Notes under the pieces: model-generated
The model's input: the letters and a program-made list of their open reading frames with translations, nothing else
Told to the model about the DNA's origin: nothing
Database searches by the model: none
Position numbers and translations under genes: made by a program
Assembly (NCBI GenBank): GCA_012839845.1
Contig: DUMM01000048.1
Location: 1-58,309, forward strand
Direction: 5' to 3'
Source of the DNA: Bacillota bacterium
GTDB lineage: Bacteria > Bacillota > Limnochordia > DTU087
Length of the DNA: 58,309 nt
Shown here: positions 27,262 to 37,499 of the stretch, one piece after another
Layout: the number at the start of each line of letters is the position of its first letter
Numbering within the stretch: position 1 is the first letter of the stretch

Positions 27262-28647
27262 ATGACGGAGAAGACCATGGACCAATTAGTTTCACTCTCC
27301 AAATCCCGCGGTTTCGTTTTTCCCGGCTCTGAGATCTACGGGGGACTGGCCAATACCTGGGATTACGGCCCTTTGGGAGTGGAACTGAAGAATAATATCA
27401 AGAAAGCCTGGTGGAAGAAGTTCATCCAGGAATCGGAGTATAACGTCGGGCTGGATTCTGCCATCTTGATGAATCCCAAGACTTGGGAAGCTTCCGGGCA
27501 TTTGGCGGGATTTAGCGACCCCCTTATTGACTGCCGCCAGTGCAAATCCAGATTCCGGGCAGATCAGCTCATCGAGGAGACTATGGCCAAGAGCGGACAG
27601 CCTCGCCCGGCTGTTGACGGCTGGTCCGATGAACAGATGGCTGAGTATATAAAGGCCAACAGACTGCCGTGTCCCCGCTGCGGTGCCCATGACTTTACCG
27701 ATGTGCGGCAGTTCAACCTGATGTTCAAAACCTTCCTGGGGGTAACGGAAGACGCAAAGTCTGAGGTTTACCTGCGGCCGGAGACAGCCCAAGGTATTTT
27801 CGTTAATTTCAAGAATGTCATGCGCACCGCCAGGAAGAAGATACCGTTTGGCATCGGCCAGATCGGGAAGTCCTTTAGAAACGAGATCACACCGGGCAAC
27901 TTCATTTTCCGCACCAGGGAATTTGAGCAGATGGAGTTGGAGTTTTTCTGCGCCCCCGGTACCGATATGGAATGGTATGAATACTGGATAGATTTCTGCA
28001 AGCGGTGGCTGCTGGATCTGGGCATGAAGCCTGAGAATATCCGGACCCGGGAGCATTCCCCGGAGGAGCTTTCCCATTACAGCAAAGCTACCACAGATAT
28101 CGAGTATTTGTTCCCCTTCGGGTGGGGAGAATTATGGGGAATAGCCAACCGCACCGACTACGATCTAAAGCAGCATGCTGAAGTTTCGAAAGAGGATATG
28201 AGCTACTTAGATCCCTTTACCAACGAGAAGTATATACCTTACTGCGTGGAGCCTTCGGTAGGTGTGGACCGCCTATTCCTGGCCTTCCTGGCTGATGCTT
28301 ATGAAGAGGAACAGCTGGAAAAGGATACCAGAAAAGTGCTGAGGCTTCATCCGGCTCTGGCACCTTACAAAGCCGCGGTTCTTCCCCTATCGAAAAACCT
28401 TGCCTCTGAAGCTGAAAGGATTTATCGGGATCTCAGAAAGCACTTCCCCGTTGATTACGACGACTCCGGCAGCATAGGCCGGCGTTACCGCAGGCAGGAT
28501 GAGATTGGAACTCCGTTCTGCATTACCTTCGATTTCGATTCCCTGGAGGACCACGCGGTGACCATCCGGGACCGCGATTCTATGCAGCAAGTAAGAATAC
28601 CCATAGATAAAGCAGCAGATTACATCAACGAGCGGATAGCGTACTAA
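27262..28647 (+). CDS. glyQS: glycine--tRNA ligase (alpha2 homodimeric type)
   Basis: '[38 protein letters not shown]', '[14 protein letters not shown]', '[28 protein letters not shown]', '[12 protein letters not shown]'. Confidence 0.95.
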   Translation: MTEKTMDQLVSLSKSRGFVFPGSEIYGGLANTWDYGPLGVELKNNIKKAWWKKFIQESEYNVGLDSAILMNPKTWEASGHLAGFSDPLIDCRQCKSRFRADQLIEETMAKSGQPRPAVDGWSDEQMAEYIKANRLPCPRCGAHDFTDVRQFNLMFKTFLGVTEDAKSEVYLRPETAQGIFVNFKNVMRTARKKIPFGIGQIGKSFRNEITPGNFIFRTREFEQMELEFFCAPGTDMEWYEYWIDFCKRWLLDLGMKPENIRTREHSPEELSHYSKATTDIEYLFPFGWGELWGIANRTDYDLKQHAEVSKEDMSYLDPFTNEKYIPYCVEPSVGVDRLFLAFLADAYEEEQLEKDTRKVLRLHPALAPYKAAVLPLSKNLASEAERIYRDLRKHFPVDYDDSGSIGRRYRRQDEIGTPFCITFDFDSLEDHAVTIRDRDSMQQVRIPIDKAADYINERIAY

Positions 28648-28732
28648 AGGGTCTTCACGTGCCGCTAGGTGTTTGTGGAGCAGTGTGAGCGGGTAAAAAT
28701 TAGTGAACACCTCGTTTGGAGGGGGAATCAAG

Positions 28733-29377
28733 TTGGCTTGGAAGGGAATCTCCGATGCGGTGATTCGGCGTTTACCCATATACTTGCGGGTATTGGAAGA
28801 GGTAAAAGGTAAGGAAGCATGCATTTCCTCCCACGAGCTCGGCAAGCGAGCCGGCGTGAGACCCGCTCTAGTCCGGAAAGATTTGGCGTGGTTTGGCGAG
28901 TTCGGCAAACAGGGTGTAGGTTATGATGTGGAATTCTTGCAGGATGAGCTCCGCAAGATCCTCAATCTCGACGAGCCTCTCCACATGGCACTGGTGGGGG
29001 TGGGCAGCTTAGGGCATGCTTTAGCCCGCTACAATCGGCGGCGTTTTGAAAAGGATCCTCTGTTCACCATTAAGTTGGTCGCCCTGTTTGATGTCAAACC
29101 GGAGTTGGTGGGCACCTATGTGGATGATGTGCCCATCTACTCCGTTGAGGAAATCCCTAGGGTTGTGCCGGAAAACGACATTAGGCTCGCCATAGTCACA
29201 GTACCTGCTGACGTTGCCCAGGAGGCCACCGATGCTCTGGTAGCCGCTGGGGTCAAAGCTATACTCAACTTTGCGCCGGTCAAGTTGGATGTTCCCAAAG
29301 ATGTGCATGTGGCCAATGCAGACTTGAGTTTGGAGCTCCAACGCCTAGCTTACTACATAGGCGCTCAGCACTCGTAA
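28733..29377 (+). CDS. rex: redox-sensing transcriptional repressor Rex
   Basis: 'ISDAVIRRLPIYLRVLEEV...ISSHELG...VRKDLAWFGEFGKQGVGYDV' (winged helix) plus a Rossmann segment 'ALVGVGSLGHAL'. TTG at 28733 lies about 9 nt after GGAGGGGG; GTG 28703 is the alternative start. Confidence 0.9.
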   Translation: MAWKGISDAVIRRLPIYLRVLEEVKGKEACISSHELGKRAGVRPALVRKDLAWFGEFGKQGVGYDVEFLQDELRKILNLDEPLHMALVGVGSLGHALARYNRRRFEKDPLFTIKLVALFDVKPELVGTYVDDVPIYSVEEIPRVVPENDIRLAIVTVPADVAQEATDALVAAGVKAILNFAPVKLDVPKDVHVANADLSLELQRLAYYIGAQHS

Positions 29378-29697
29378 GGAAGCGCAGCAATTTGGACGGT
29401 TGTGAAGCCGCGGGCGCTTTTGTCTCCCAAGTGTGGGGGCAGAAGTTGCCAGCGGTTTTGTTTCTTTGTTCCGACAGGTATTGAGAATGCAGTGCAGTAT
29501 TTAAACACAGATAGGAAAGAGCCAAGAAGAAATGAGGACGAATCTGGAGTGTGGGAAGGTATTCGTAACACTGGCGTCGAATCTAGTCCCGGACGTTGTG
29601 CCCATTAGTTCCGCGGGTTAGGGTATGCAGGTGGAGTGCTGCCGCCCAAACGGCGCCGGATTTCGCCCGAGTATGGTTCCGTATTGGAGGGTGGTTT

Positions 29698-31188
29698 ATG
29701 TCGGAAACAGAGATTCTGCGGTATCAAGGCATCAGCAAGCGGTTTGGAGGAGTTAACGCTTTAGTCGATGTGTCATTTGCAGTAAATCGCGGCGAGATCC
29801 ACGGTCTAGTTGGCGAAAACGGTGCCGGCAAATCAACCTTGATCAAGATCACTGGCGGCATCTACCGTAAGGATGCGGGACAGATATTCTGGAATGGTTC
29901 ACCAATAGACGTCACCAGCCCCATTCATGCCCAAGACTTGGGGATTTCCATCGTTCACCAAGAGATACCCCTCTGCAATAACCTCACCATCGCCCAAAAT
30001 GTCTTCATGGGGAATCTTATTACTAAGGGCGTCACTCCCGATTGGCCAGCGATGGAGGAAAAGACCGTTGAGCTTTTCCGCCAGATCGGTCAAAAGGTAA
30101 ATCCGAGACAAAGGGTCGGCGAGCTGAGTGTGGCTATGCGCCAGCTGACAGCCATCGTTCAAGCCCTGAGGAGCAAGAGTCAGCTTATCATTATGGATGA
30201 GCCAACCGCTGCACTGACGCCTGGTGAAGTGGAAACTCTTTTTGAGGTGCTGCGCAAGCTGAAGGCTGAAGGTACCACCATCATGTTCGTCAGCCATATT
30301 CTCAGCGAGATTATGACTATCACCGACCGCATTACTGTCTTGCGCAACGGCAGACACGTTGCCACGGTGAACACTGAAGATACATCCATCCCTGAGATCA
30401 TCGGTATGATGGTGGGAGATATACCGCTGCCGGGCCATAAAGAGACTGTGGCCAAGAGAGACGATGTGGTACTAGAAGTTAAGAATCTCAACAAAGCATC
30501 ATTGGGCCTCAAGGACATCAGCTTCCGGCTGTATCGGCAGGAGATTCTGGGAGTGGCTGGCATTCAAGGAGCGGGTCGGACGGAGCTGGCAACGTGCTTG
30601 TTCGGAGTTCACCCGCCGGACAGCGGGACCATTGAAATAGAGGGAAAGCCGGTTGCTATTACTAATCCCCGGGCTGCCATCGAAGTTGGATTAGGTTATC
30701 TCACCGAAGATCGGCGCAATCTCGGTATGTTTTCCGACATGAACATTTGGCAGAACGCTACGGCAGTGATCATTGACCAGCTCACCAATTCTGGAGTGCT
30801 GGATCAGGACGAGATCGAACAAGTAGCTTTCCGTTCAGTCAAGGACCTCCGGATCCGCACCTCGGGATTGGAACAGAAGATTCGCTACTTGAGCGGCGGT
30901 AATCAACAGAAAGTGATGCTTGCCCGTTGGCTGAACGCCAAGCCGAAGATCCTCATCTTGGATGAGCCCACTCGGGGCGTAGACGTGGGAGCTAAGGCTG
31001 AGATCCGGCGGGTGATTCAGGAGTTGGTGCGGCAAGGCATTTCGGTAATAGTGATTTCTTCTGATTTGGAAGAGCTTCTCAACATCAGCGACCGGGTGCT
31101 GGTAATGGCTAACGGGAGGATCAGGGGCGAATACCTCGCCCACGAAGCAACAACAGATAAAGTAATGGCTTTGGCCACTCTCAAGTAG
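29698..31188 (+). CDS. sugar ABC transporter ATP-binding protein (duplicated ABC cassette, RbsA/MglA type)
   Basis: Two cassettes: 'GENGAGKST'...'IIMDEPTAAL', and a second half with 'LSGGNQQKV'...'LILDEPTRGVD'. ATG at 29698 follows GGAGGGTGG; the track N-terminus from 29596 is rejected. Confidence 0.9.
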   Translation: MSETEILRYQGISKRFGGVNALVDVSFAVNRGEIHGLVGENGAGKSTLIKITGGIYRKDAGQIFWNGSPIDVTSPIHAQDLGISIVHQEIPLCNNLTIAQNVFMGNLITKGVTPDWPAMEEKTVELFRQIGQKVNPRQRVGELSVAMRQLTAIVQALRSKSQLIIMDEPTAALTPGEVETLFEVLRKLKAEGTTIMFVSHILSEIMTITDRITVLRNGRHVATVNTEDTSIPEIIGMMVGDIPLPGHKETVAKRDDVVLEVKNLNKASLGLKDISFRLYRQEILGVAGIQGAGRTELATCLFGVHPPDSGTIEIEGKPVAITNPRAAIEVGLGYLTEDRRNLGMFSDMNIWQNATAVIIDQLTNSGVLDQDEIEQVAFRSVKDLRIRTSGLEQKIRYLSGGNQQKVMLARWLNAKPKILILDEPTRGVDVGAKAEIRRVIQELVRQGISVIVISSDLEELLNISDRVLVMANGRIRGEYLAHEATTDKVMALATLK

Positions 31189-31207
31189 GGATAGGAGGAC
31201 GATGGCA

Positions 31208-32218
31208 ATGAAATCAACCAGTGAAAAGACTGTGGCAGGAGGACCCGCAGCCCAGCCAGCGGAAATACCGCTCTATCGGCGGATACTCCAACGGCAGGAA
31301 TTCGGCGTTTTCCTAGCTCTCATTTTGATTTCCATATTCTTCTCCGTCTCAACCACCACGTTCTTGACGATGCCCAACATGCTAAACGTGATGCGCCAGA
31401 TTTCCATCAACGGCATCATCGTCATGGCAATGACCTTTGTGATCATCATCAAGGATATTGACCTGTCCATAGGTTCAACCTTTGCACTGGTCAGTATGCT
31501 GGTGGCAATCATGTTTAACACGTACGGCGTGAATATTTGGCTGGCCAGCTTGATCGGACTCATTCTCGGCGGAATTCTCGGCCTCATCAACGGAGTAGTA
31601 GCAGTTAAAGGCCAGCTGCCGCCCTTTATCGTAACCTTAGGTTCGATGATGATCTATAGAGGTCTGGCGCTGGTAATATCTGGTGGAGTTCCGGCTGCTG
31701 TGCGCCTGCCTGAGACCTTCTTTATGTTCACCGGTGCTCGGGTTTTCGGACGGATTCCGGTGCCCAGCCTCTGGTTCTTAGGAGTGACTCTTATCGCCGG
31801 TTTCATTCTCCATCGGACCAGTTACGGCTTTAAAGTTTACGCTGTTGGAGGCAATGCAGAAGCGGCCCGCTTGGCCGGTATCGATGTCGACCGGGTCAGG
31901 ATAACCAACTTCGTAATCCTAGGGGTAGTTTCAGGTTTGGCGGGCATAATCTCTATGTCGTACCTGAGCAGCGTAACCCCCACCGTAGGGCAAGGCATTG
32001 AGATGCAGGTCATAGCTGCAACTGTTCTAGGCGGTACTTCCATGCTGGGCGGTGTCGGCACCATCCTGGGCTCCTTCCTGGGGACCTTGGTTCTAGGTGT
32101 AGTGAGAAACGGTCTGGTTTTGATGGGCACCAGCGCCTACCTCATCGACTTGATTACAGGTATAGTGTTGATTCTGGCGGTATTTGTCAGCAGCTATGCC
32201 CATCGGGAGAAACGCTAA
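31208..32218 (+). CDS. sugar ABC transporter permease (RbsC/branched monosaccharide type)
   Basis: About 10 TM helices, with 'IIIKDIDLSIGS' and 'GGNAEAARLAGIDVDRV', the hallmarks of RbsC-like permeases. ATG 31208 has better Shine-Dalgarno spacing than ATG 31202. Confidence 0.9.
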   Translation: MKSTSEKTVAGGPAAQPAEIPLYRRILQRQEFGVFLALILISIFFSVSTTTFLTMPNMLNVMRQISINGIIVMAMTFVIIIKDIDLSIGSTFALVSMLVAIMFNTYGVNIWLASLIGLILGGILGLINGVVAVKGQLPPFIVTLGSMMIYRGLALVISGGVPAAVRLPETFFMFTGARVFGRIPVPSLWFLGVTLIAGFILHRTSYGFKVYAVGGNAEAARLAGIDVDRVRITNFVILGVVSGLAGIISMSYLSSVTPTVGQGIEMQVIAATVLGGTSMLGGVGTILGSFLGTLVLGVVRNGLVLMGTSAYLIDLITGIVLILAVFVSSYAHREKR

Positions 32219-32395
32219 GTCATCCCCGGAGCGGGCGGCACGCCTCGCACTCGGCAGTATCTCTCACATCAACACATGGGGTGGGAGATATCCTATGGCT
32301 CGGCAAAAAGGGGGTGATTGGGAAAGATTTGGGAGGTTGGTTGGACAGCAGTTTTGCAGACAAGGCCACGATCAGATGAAAGGAGAGTTCAATTG

Positions 32396-33364
32396 ATGAA
32401 AAGCCGACTGTTTGCAGCATTGAGTCTTGCACTTGTCTTGACTCTAGTAGCTAGCTTTGCGGTATTAGCTGCTGAGAAGAAAACCTATGAATTCGTAATT
32501 ATCACTCACAGCGCTTCCATCGATTTCTGGGTACCTCTGGTAAAAGGTGCTCAGGATGCGGCTGCCATGATCAATGCAGCTAACCCCAATGTTGAAATAA
32601 CGGTAAGACATACCGGCCCCCGTCTGTTCAACGTATCCGAACAGCGGGATATTATGGAGAACGTCATCGAAGCTGGTGTGGACGGCATAATTACCACCCT
32701 GCCTGATCCAACAGCTTTTGACGAGCCGGTTGCTCAGGCACTGGCCAGAGGAATTCCGGTAATCGGCACCAATACCGATGCTGGTCCCAACAATCCAAGA
32801 TTGGCTTATGTAGGACAAGGTCAGATAGCAGCCGGTCGTGCCCTGGGCAGGAAACTGATCGAGCTCATCGGCACGAAGGGCAAGGTTGGGATCGGCATTG
32901 AGGACCTGGGCCACACTGCTCTTCAGGAAAGGCTGCAAGGTCTGACTGAAGTGCTGGATGAGACCGACATCGAGTACACCGTTCTGGTCACTACTGCTGA
33001 TCTGACCCAGGGCGCCTCTGTGCTGGAGTCCTACCTCATCGCCAATCCCGATGCCAAAGCCATAGTCAACGTTGACGCCAACACCCAGTGCCACGGCGTT
33101 GTGCTGCGCAATTTGGGCTTGAAGGGCAAGGTAGTCTCTGCCGGTTTCGACCTCGTCCCTGCGACCCTGCAGAATATCGTGGATGGCTACACTGCATTTA
33201 CCATCGACCAGAACCCCTACGTACAGGGCTTCTATCCGGTGATGCAGCTCTATCTCTATCATGAGTACGGTATTGCCCCTGGCGATATCGACTCTGGTGT
33301 AGGCATCATCGATGCCAGCAATGTCCAGCAGGTAATGGAGCTGGCGCAGAAGGGCTACAGATAA
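32396..33364 (+). CDS. sugar ABC transporter substrate-binding protein (periplasmic-binding-protein type I)
   Basis: Signal peptide 'MKSRLFAALSLALVLTLVASFAVLA', then PBP-I-like 'FVIITHSASIDFWVPLVKGAQDAA...DGIITTLPD...GIPVIGTNTD'. ATG at 32396 follows AAAGGAGAG. Confidence 0.9.
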   Translation: MKSRLFAALSLALVLTLVASFAVLAAEKKTYEFVIITHSASIDFWVPLVKGAQDAAAMINAANPNVEITVRHTGPRLFNVSEQRDIMENVIEAGVDGIITTLPDPTAFDEPVAQALARGIPVIGTNTDAGPNNPRLAYVGQGQIAAGRALGRKLIELIGTKGKVGIGIEDLGHTALQERLQGLTEVLDETDIEYTVLVTTADLTQGASVLESYLIANPDAKAIVNVDANTQCHGVVLRNLGLKGKVVSAGFDLVPATLQNIVDGYTAFTIDQNPYVQGFYPVMQLYLYHEYGIAPGDIDSGVGIIDASNVQQVMELAQKGYR

Positions 33365-33391
33365 GAAATCCAAGATTGACAGACCAATGGC

Positions 33392-33427
33392 GGGGCCGTA
33401 GCTTTCAGCTGCGGCCCCTGTTTTTTG
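33392..33427 (+). terminator. intrinsic terminator of the sugar ABC operon
   Basis: 11-bp stem GGGGCCGTAGC / GCTGCGGCCCC (one mismatch) with loop TTTCA, followed by TGTTTTTTGT. Confidence 0.85.
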
Positions 33428-33573
33428 TGTTCATGAGGAGCATCCACAGCGGCTGCCTAAATCTGGCAGCAAGGTTTCCTGTTCAACGTGTATATTACGC
33501 TGAATGGGAGGCATGATAGTGATGCACCCCGATGATGGGGTTGCCGAAAAGGGGTTTGCAGTGGTCGAGTTAA

Positions 33574-33984
33574 GATCCATACAGGTTCCAGGGTGGATCT
33601 GTATGGGTCGAGCAAAGATCAAGCCTGGTTCGTTTGGGGATCAGTCTTGGTCGGCGCCAAGGTTACTGCGGGTCTCGTAGGTGTCGGCTGCGGCTGGTAA
33701 AGTCGCTGTCGGCGCCGAAGGAATCCGCAGCAGCCGGACCAAGATCTCTACGGGTCGCTTAGGGATCTATTATGGCCGCTAGGTCATAATAGGTTTCGAC
33801 TGCGATGCGCAGAGGTCGGGCAAAGATCAGCGTGGTTTCCGTAAGGTTCTGCAGTGGCCGGAAGGCTGCTGCGGGATCTGTAGGGAGGCACGTTGGTCGG
33901 AGCGAAGATCACTGCAGGCTCCTTACAAATCAGCAAAAGCAAAATCCCCAGAGACAGCAGCCTCTGGGGATTGCTGTAATGATC
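33574..33984. repeat. degenerate tandem repeat tract with phased GATC sites
   Basis: Units resembling GGTCGGnGCnAAGATCA...GGGATC start at about 33606, 33649, 33814, 33856 and 33895 (period about 40-43 nt). Ten GATC sites lie at 33574, 33596, 33617, 33639, 33743, 33774, 33825, 33875, 33907 and 33981. They mostly alternate between AAGATC and GGGATC contexts. Confidence 0.5.
33935..33971 (-). terminator. intrinsic terminator of the MCP gene
   Basis: Perfect 10-bp stem ATCCCCAGAG / CTCTGGGGAT with an 8-nt loop. On the minus strand it is followed by TTTTGCTTTT, 30 nt after the MCP stop. Confidence 0.8.
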
Positions 33985-34000
33985 CCGTGGTGGGTTGCCG

Positions 34001-35113
34001 TTAGCTGCCAGACTCCTGAATGTAGGACTGCAGCCGTTCGGCGATTTCACTGAGGGTCTTAGCCTTGCCGGAAACTTGTTCAACAGATGCAGCCTGTTCT
34101 TGGGCTGCTGCCGCAATCTGCTGGCTGCCGCTGCTCAACTGCTGCACACCGACGTTGATCTGCTGCATTTGAGCAATCGCGTCATCCACCATCTTTTTCA
34201 GCTCTACAAAGCTTTCTGCCATAGACTTCAGCGTCTGGCTGCCCTCATGAATTGCCTTGATATTGATCTCCAGGGCACTGTCGGCCTTGGCATCCCCCTC
34301 AGCTATGTTGGCAACAACTCGCCGTACCTCATTGGCGGCTCTGCCGGACTGTTCTGCCAGCTGACGGACTTCTTCAGCTACAACGGCAAATCCGCGGCCC
34401 TGCTCGCCGGCCCGGGCAGCTTCGATGGCGGCGTTGAGCGCCAGCATGTTGGTTTGTTCAGCTATGTCGGTGATATCCCCCACGAACTTGTTGATCTGGT
34501 CATAGCGCTGGCTGAGGTCTTTTCTAATGTTGGATAATTCCATAATCGCCTTCTCGATCTGAGTCATTTGATTGACTACAGTCTCAATCCGCTTCAAATG
34601 CTCCATCGTGGTTTCCCCAACTAAAGTAGATGATTCTGCCAGCATCTTAGAAGTAGTGCTGACCTGCTGAACCGTGCCGGCAAATTGATTAGCTGTACTG
34701 GCTATCTCCTGGATGGATGCATTAATCTCCTCAGACGTTGTCAAGAGGTCCTCTCCGCTTTGCACCAGTTCAGTGACAATCTGCTTGGTGTTTTCTGTGA
34801 ACTGGCGCAACTTGCTGCCCAGGTCGGCTAAAGCTTTACCGAGGGACCCCAGCAACCGGTCGCCGCTGGAGGCCAGCTGGTCAATTCCCGCGAAATCGCC
34901 TTCCGCAAGCTGTTCGATAACCTCCTGGTAATCCTCAATTTTCTGCTTGCCGTAGTATGCGCCGATAGTAGTTGCGAGAAAATTCACCAACAAAACCCCA
35001 GCAATCCATGCCATCCGATACCATGAATCGGCAATGCGGAAAAACCACAGGATACCAATGGAGACCAACAGTAAGATGATGGCTAGAAGCAGTCTCTTGC
35101 GGTTGTGTCTCAT
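34001..35113 (-). CDS. methyl-accepting chemotaxis protein (short, two TM segments plus HAMP)
   Basis: Highly conserved signalling hairpin '[40 protein letters not shown]'. ATG lies 5 nt after AGGAGGAG. Confidence 0.9.
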   Translation of the reverse strand: MRHNRKRLLLAIILLLVSIGILWFFRIADSWYRMAWIAGVLLVNFLATTIGAYYGKQKIEDYQEVIEQLAEGDFAGIDQLASSGDRLLGSLGKALADLGSKLRQFTENTKQIVTELVQSGEDLLTTSEEINASIQEIASTANQFAGTVQQVSTTSKMLAESSTLVGETTMEHLKRIETVVNQMTQIEKAIMELSNIRKDLSQRYDQINKFVGDITDIAEQTNMLALNAAIEAARAGEQGRGFAVVAEEVRQLAEQSGRAANEVRRVVANIAEGDAKADSALEINIKAIHEGSQTLKSMAESFVELKKMVDDAIAQMQQINVGVQQLSSGSQQIAAAAQEQAASVEQVSGKAKTLSEIAERLQSYIQESGS

Positions 35114-35334
35114 GTGCGCTCCTCCTTGAAGTAGTTCGACCTGACATGTAATTCGCCACAGACACAGCTATTCCTACACCGCTTAAGGGAATAATTGGAA
35201 AGATCCCCGGTTGGTGTAAAGGTGTCCGGGGAAAGGATCCTAAGGCTCTTTGTGGAAATAATGTTTCCAAGCGTATGGTACAGAGCGGAAAAAAGGCAGC
35301 GGCTGTGCTGTCTTCCATGAGAGAGGAAGAGTGT

Positions 35335-37002
35335 ATGTTAAGCGACATTCAAATTGCTCAGGCTGCGAAGCTGCGGCCGATACAGGAAATTGGAGCTTTG
35401 TTGGGGTTGGGCGATGATGATCTGGAACTATACGGGAAGTATAAGGCCAAGATCGGTGTCCACGTGTGGGAAAGGGTGAAAGACCGCCCCAATGGGAAAC
35501 TGATCTACACCACGGCAATCACCGCTACTCCAGCCGGAGAGGGCAAGACCTGCACTGCCATCGGTCTTACTCAAGCACTGGGCAAGATAGGCAAGCGGGT
35601 GACGGTGTGCTTGCGGGAACCTTCCTTAGGTCCTACTTTTGGAATCAAGGGCGGAGCAGCCGGAGGCGGCTATGCCCAGGTCGTTCCCATGGAGGATATC
35701 AATCTCCACTTTACCGGGGACATCCATGCTGTGGGGACAGCCCACAATCTGCTGGCGGCTGTCATTGACAACCACATTTTTCAAGGAGATGAGCTGGACC
35801 TAGATCCCAAGCGGATATTGTGGCGCAGGGTAATGGATATGAATGATCGACAGCTGCGAAATATCGTTGTCGGTTTGGGCGGTCCCGGGGATGGGGTCGT
35901 CCGGGAGTCTGCCTTTGATATAACGGTAGCCTCTGAGATCATGGCTATTCTGTGCCTCGCGGAGGATATGGATGACTTGAAGCGGCGCCTAGGGCGGATG
36001 CTCATCGGCTACACCCGCAGCAAACAGCCGGTATTTGCCCGAGACTTGGGTATCGTGGGTGCTATGGCTGTCTTGCTCAAGGATGCCATCAAACCCAATT
36101 TGGTCCAGACTCTGGAAGGTCAGCCTGCTTTCATTCACGGAGGTCCCTTTGCTAACATAGCCCACGGCAACAACAGCATCATCGCCACTCGCCTGGCGTT
36201 GAAGCTCTCCGATTATGTGGTGACTGAGGGCGGTTTTGCCGCTGACCTGGGCGCAGAGAAATTTTTCGATATTGTCCACGGATACAGCGGTTTGACTCCT
36301 GATGTGGCAGTATTGGTAGCATCGGTTCGGGCCCTCAATATGCACGGCGGGGTACCCAAGGATAAGGTGGCAGAGACCAACCTAGATGCTCTGAAGCGGG
36401 GACTCGCCAATCTGGAGAGACATGTTGCCAATCTCAAGAAATTCGGCTTGCCGGTTGTCGTAGCTATTAACCGGTTCCCCACCGACGATGAGGAAGAGCT
36501 GGAACTCATCCAAGAAAGGTGCCGAGAACTGGGAGTAAGAGCTGCCCTTTCTGAGGTCGTGGCAAAGGGCGGTGAAGGCGGTATCCAGCTGGCAGAGGCC
36601 GTGCTGGCGGCGCTGCAGGAAGAAAACAACTTCCGACCTTTATATGACTGGAACTTGCCCATTAAGGACAAAATGGACATCCTCGCCCGAGAAATCTACG
36701 GCGCAAAGGATGTTGCCTACACGCCCAAGGCGGAGCAGGATATTAGGAACCTTACTGCCATGGGTTTCGGCAGTCTGCCCCTCTGTGTAGCTAAAACCCA
36801 GCATTCACTGTCAGACAATCCCAACTTGAAAGGTGCCCCCACTGGCTGGACGCTGACAGTGCGGGAAGTGAGGGCATCTTTAGGGGCAGGCTTTCTGGTA
36901 CCCATCACTGGCGATATAATGACCATGCCGGGCTTGCCCAAGGAACCGGCTGCCAAGAGAATTGACATAGATAAGAGCGGAACCATAATTGGGTTGTCGT
37001 GA
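35335..37002 (+). CDS. fhs: formate--tetrahydrofolate ligase
   Basis: 'SDIQIAQAAKLRPI', 'TAITATPAGEGKTCTAIGL', 'PSLGPTFGIKGGAAGGGYAQV', 'FANIAHGNNS', 'CVAKTQHSLSDNP'. ATG at 35335 chosen over the track start at 35275. Confidence 0.95.
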   Translation: MLSDIQIAQAAKLRPIQEIGALLGLGDDDLELYGKYKAKIGVHVWERVKDRPNGKLIYTTAITATPAGEGKTCTAIGLTQALGKIGKRVTVCLREPSLGPTFGIKGGAAGGGYAQVVPMEDINLHFTGDIHAVGTAHNLLAAVIDNHIFQGDELDLDPKRILWRRVMDMNDRQLRNIVVGLGGPGDGVVRESAFDITVASEIMAILCLAEDMDDLKRRLGRMLIGYTRSKQPVFARDLGIVGAMAVLLKDAIKPNLVQTLEGQPAFIHGGPFANIAHGNNSIIATRLALKLSDYVVTEGGFAADLGAEKFFDIVHGYSGLTPDVAVLVASVRALNMHGGVPKDKVAETNLDALKRGLANLERHVANLKKFGLPVVVAINRFPTDDEEELELIQERCRELGVRAALSEVVAKGGEGGIQLAEAVLAALQEENNFRPLYDWNLPIKDKMDILAREIYGAKDVAYTPKAEQDIRNLTAMGFGSLPLCVAKTQHSLSDNPNLKGAPTGWTLTVREVRASLGAGFLVPITGDIMTMPGLPKEPAAKRIDIDKSGTIIGLS

Positions 37003-37057
37003 CCAAAATGCCGGTGGTAAACCTGAACTGCAACACCTGACCTTGGAGGTAAAGAAC

Positions 37058-37465
37058 ATGGCGGTAGAACAAACCTTTGTGATCATCAAGCCAGAGGCCG
37101 TAGAACGAAAGTTGGTAGGAGAAATCCTCGGACGTTTCGAACGCAAAGGGTTGCAGATCAAGCGGTTAGCTGTCACCCAAATACAAAGGGAAACAGCCGA
37201 GGAGCACTACGCCCATCACAAAGACAAGCCGTTCTTCCCTCAACTCATTGAAGCTATCACCAAGGGTCCGGTTGTCTTGGCGGTCTTGGAAGGCCCCGAT
37301 GCCGTCCAGCAGGTGCGGACCCTAGTTGGGGCAACTGACCCAGCTAAAGCAGCTCCCGGTACCATCAGGGGCGATCTGGCTGTCCAGCTGCCCTATAATA
37401 TGGTCCATGCTGCCGACAGCCCAGCTGCGGCTGAGGTTGAAATCAAACGGTTTTTCGCAAGTTGA
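37058..37465 (+). CDS. ndk: nucleoside-diphosphate kinase
   Basis: 'EQTFVIIKPEAVERKLVGEILGRFERKGL...GPVVLAVLEG...TIRGD......NMVHAADS'. ATG at 37058 lies 8 nt after GGAGG. Confidence 0.95.
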   Translation: MAVEQTFVIIKPEAVERKLVGEILGRFERKGLQIKRLAVTQIQRETAEEHYAHHKDKPFFPQLIEAITKGPVVLAVLEGPDAVQQVRTLVGATDPAKAAPGTIRGDLAVQLPYNMVHAADSPAAAEVEIKRFFAS

Positions 37466-37499
37466 TGTTTTCTAGCCCGGGAGAGGCAGAAAGGGGATT

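Noticed and set aside
27292-28077. Long antisense ORFs inside well-supported genes: 27292-28077 (-) in glyQS, 32465-33373 (-) in the sugar-binding protein gene, 41906-42595 (-) in argS, 46359-46976 (-) in the Cys-rich gene, 23358-23900 (-) in rlmH, 5074-5556 (-) in nfnA, and 15486-15902 (+) opposite the Q-rich gene.
   Set aside because: Their products are Ser/Arg/Pro/Leu-rich and low in information, with no recognisable motifs or Shine-Dalgarno sequences. Each lies fully within a gene whose sense-strand product has clear family signatures. They are typical shadow ORFs of GC-rich coding DNA.
29378-29697. Rex operator (TTGTGAA-N6-TTCACAA-like) or a riboswitch in the 320-nt spacer after rex. The same search was made upstream of nfnA (4675-4818) and acd (10812-10896).
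   Set aside because: I found no inverted TGTGAA/TTCACA pair in these spacers. Only isolated half-sites occur, for example TTCACAA at about 25528. No conserved riboswitch core was recognised in them.
29596-29697. N-terminal extensions proposed by the ORF track for several genes, for example 29596, 18992, 12852, 15878, 36989, 35275, 51163, 45620 and 32318.
   Set aside because: The extensions lack Shine-Dalgarno sequences. They encode Arg/Cys/Trp-rich segments unrelated to the families. In some cases they span terminators or overlap upstream genes. Internal starts with good Shine-Dalgarno spacing match the family N-termini.
33574-33984. Possible CRISPR array in the repeat-rich intergenic region.
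   Set aside because: The repeat copies are highly divergent from each other. There is no alternation of an identical 28-37 nt repeat with unique spacers. No cas genes are in the window.
35114-35334. ZTP (pfl) or THF riboswitch upstream of fhs, and likewise upstream of folD (7107-7161).
   Set aside because: A hairpin TCCCCGG...CCGGGGA is present. The conserved ZTP 3' element (CCGCCTGGGC-like) and the THF aptamer core are absent. The folD spacer is only 55 nt.
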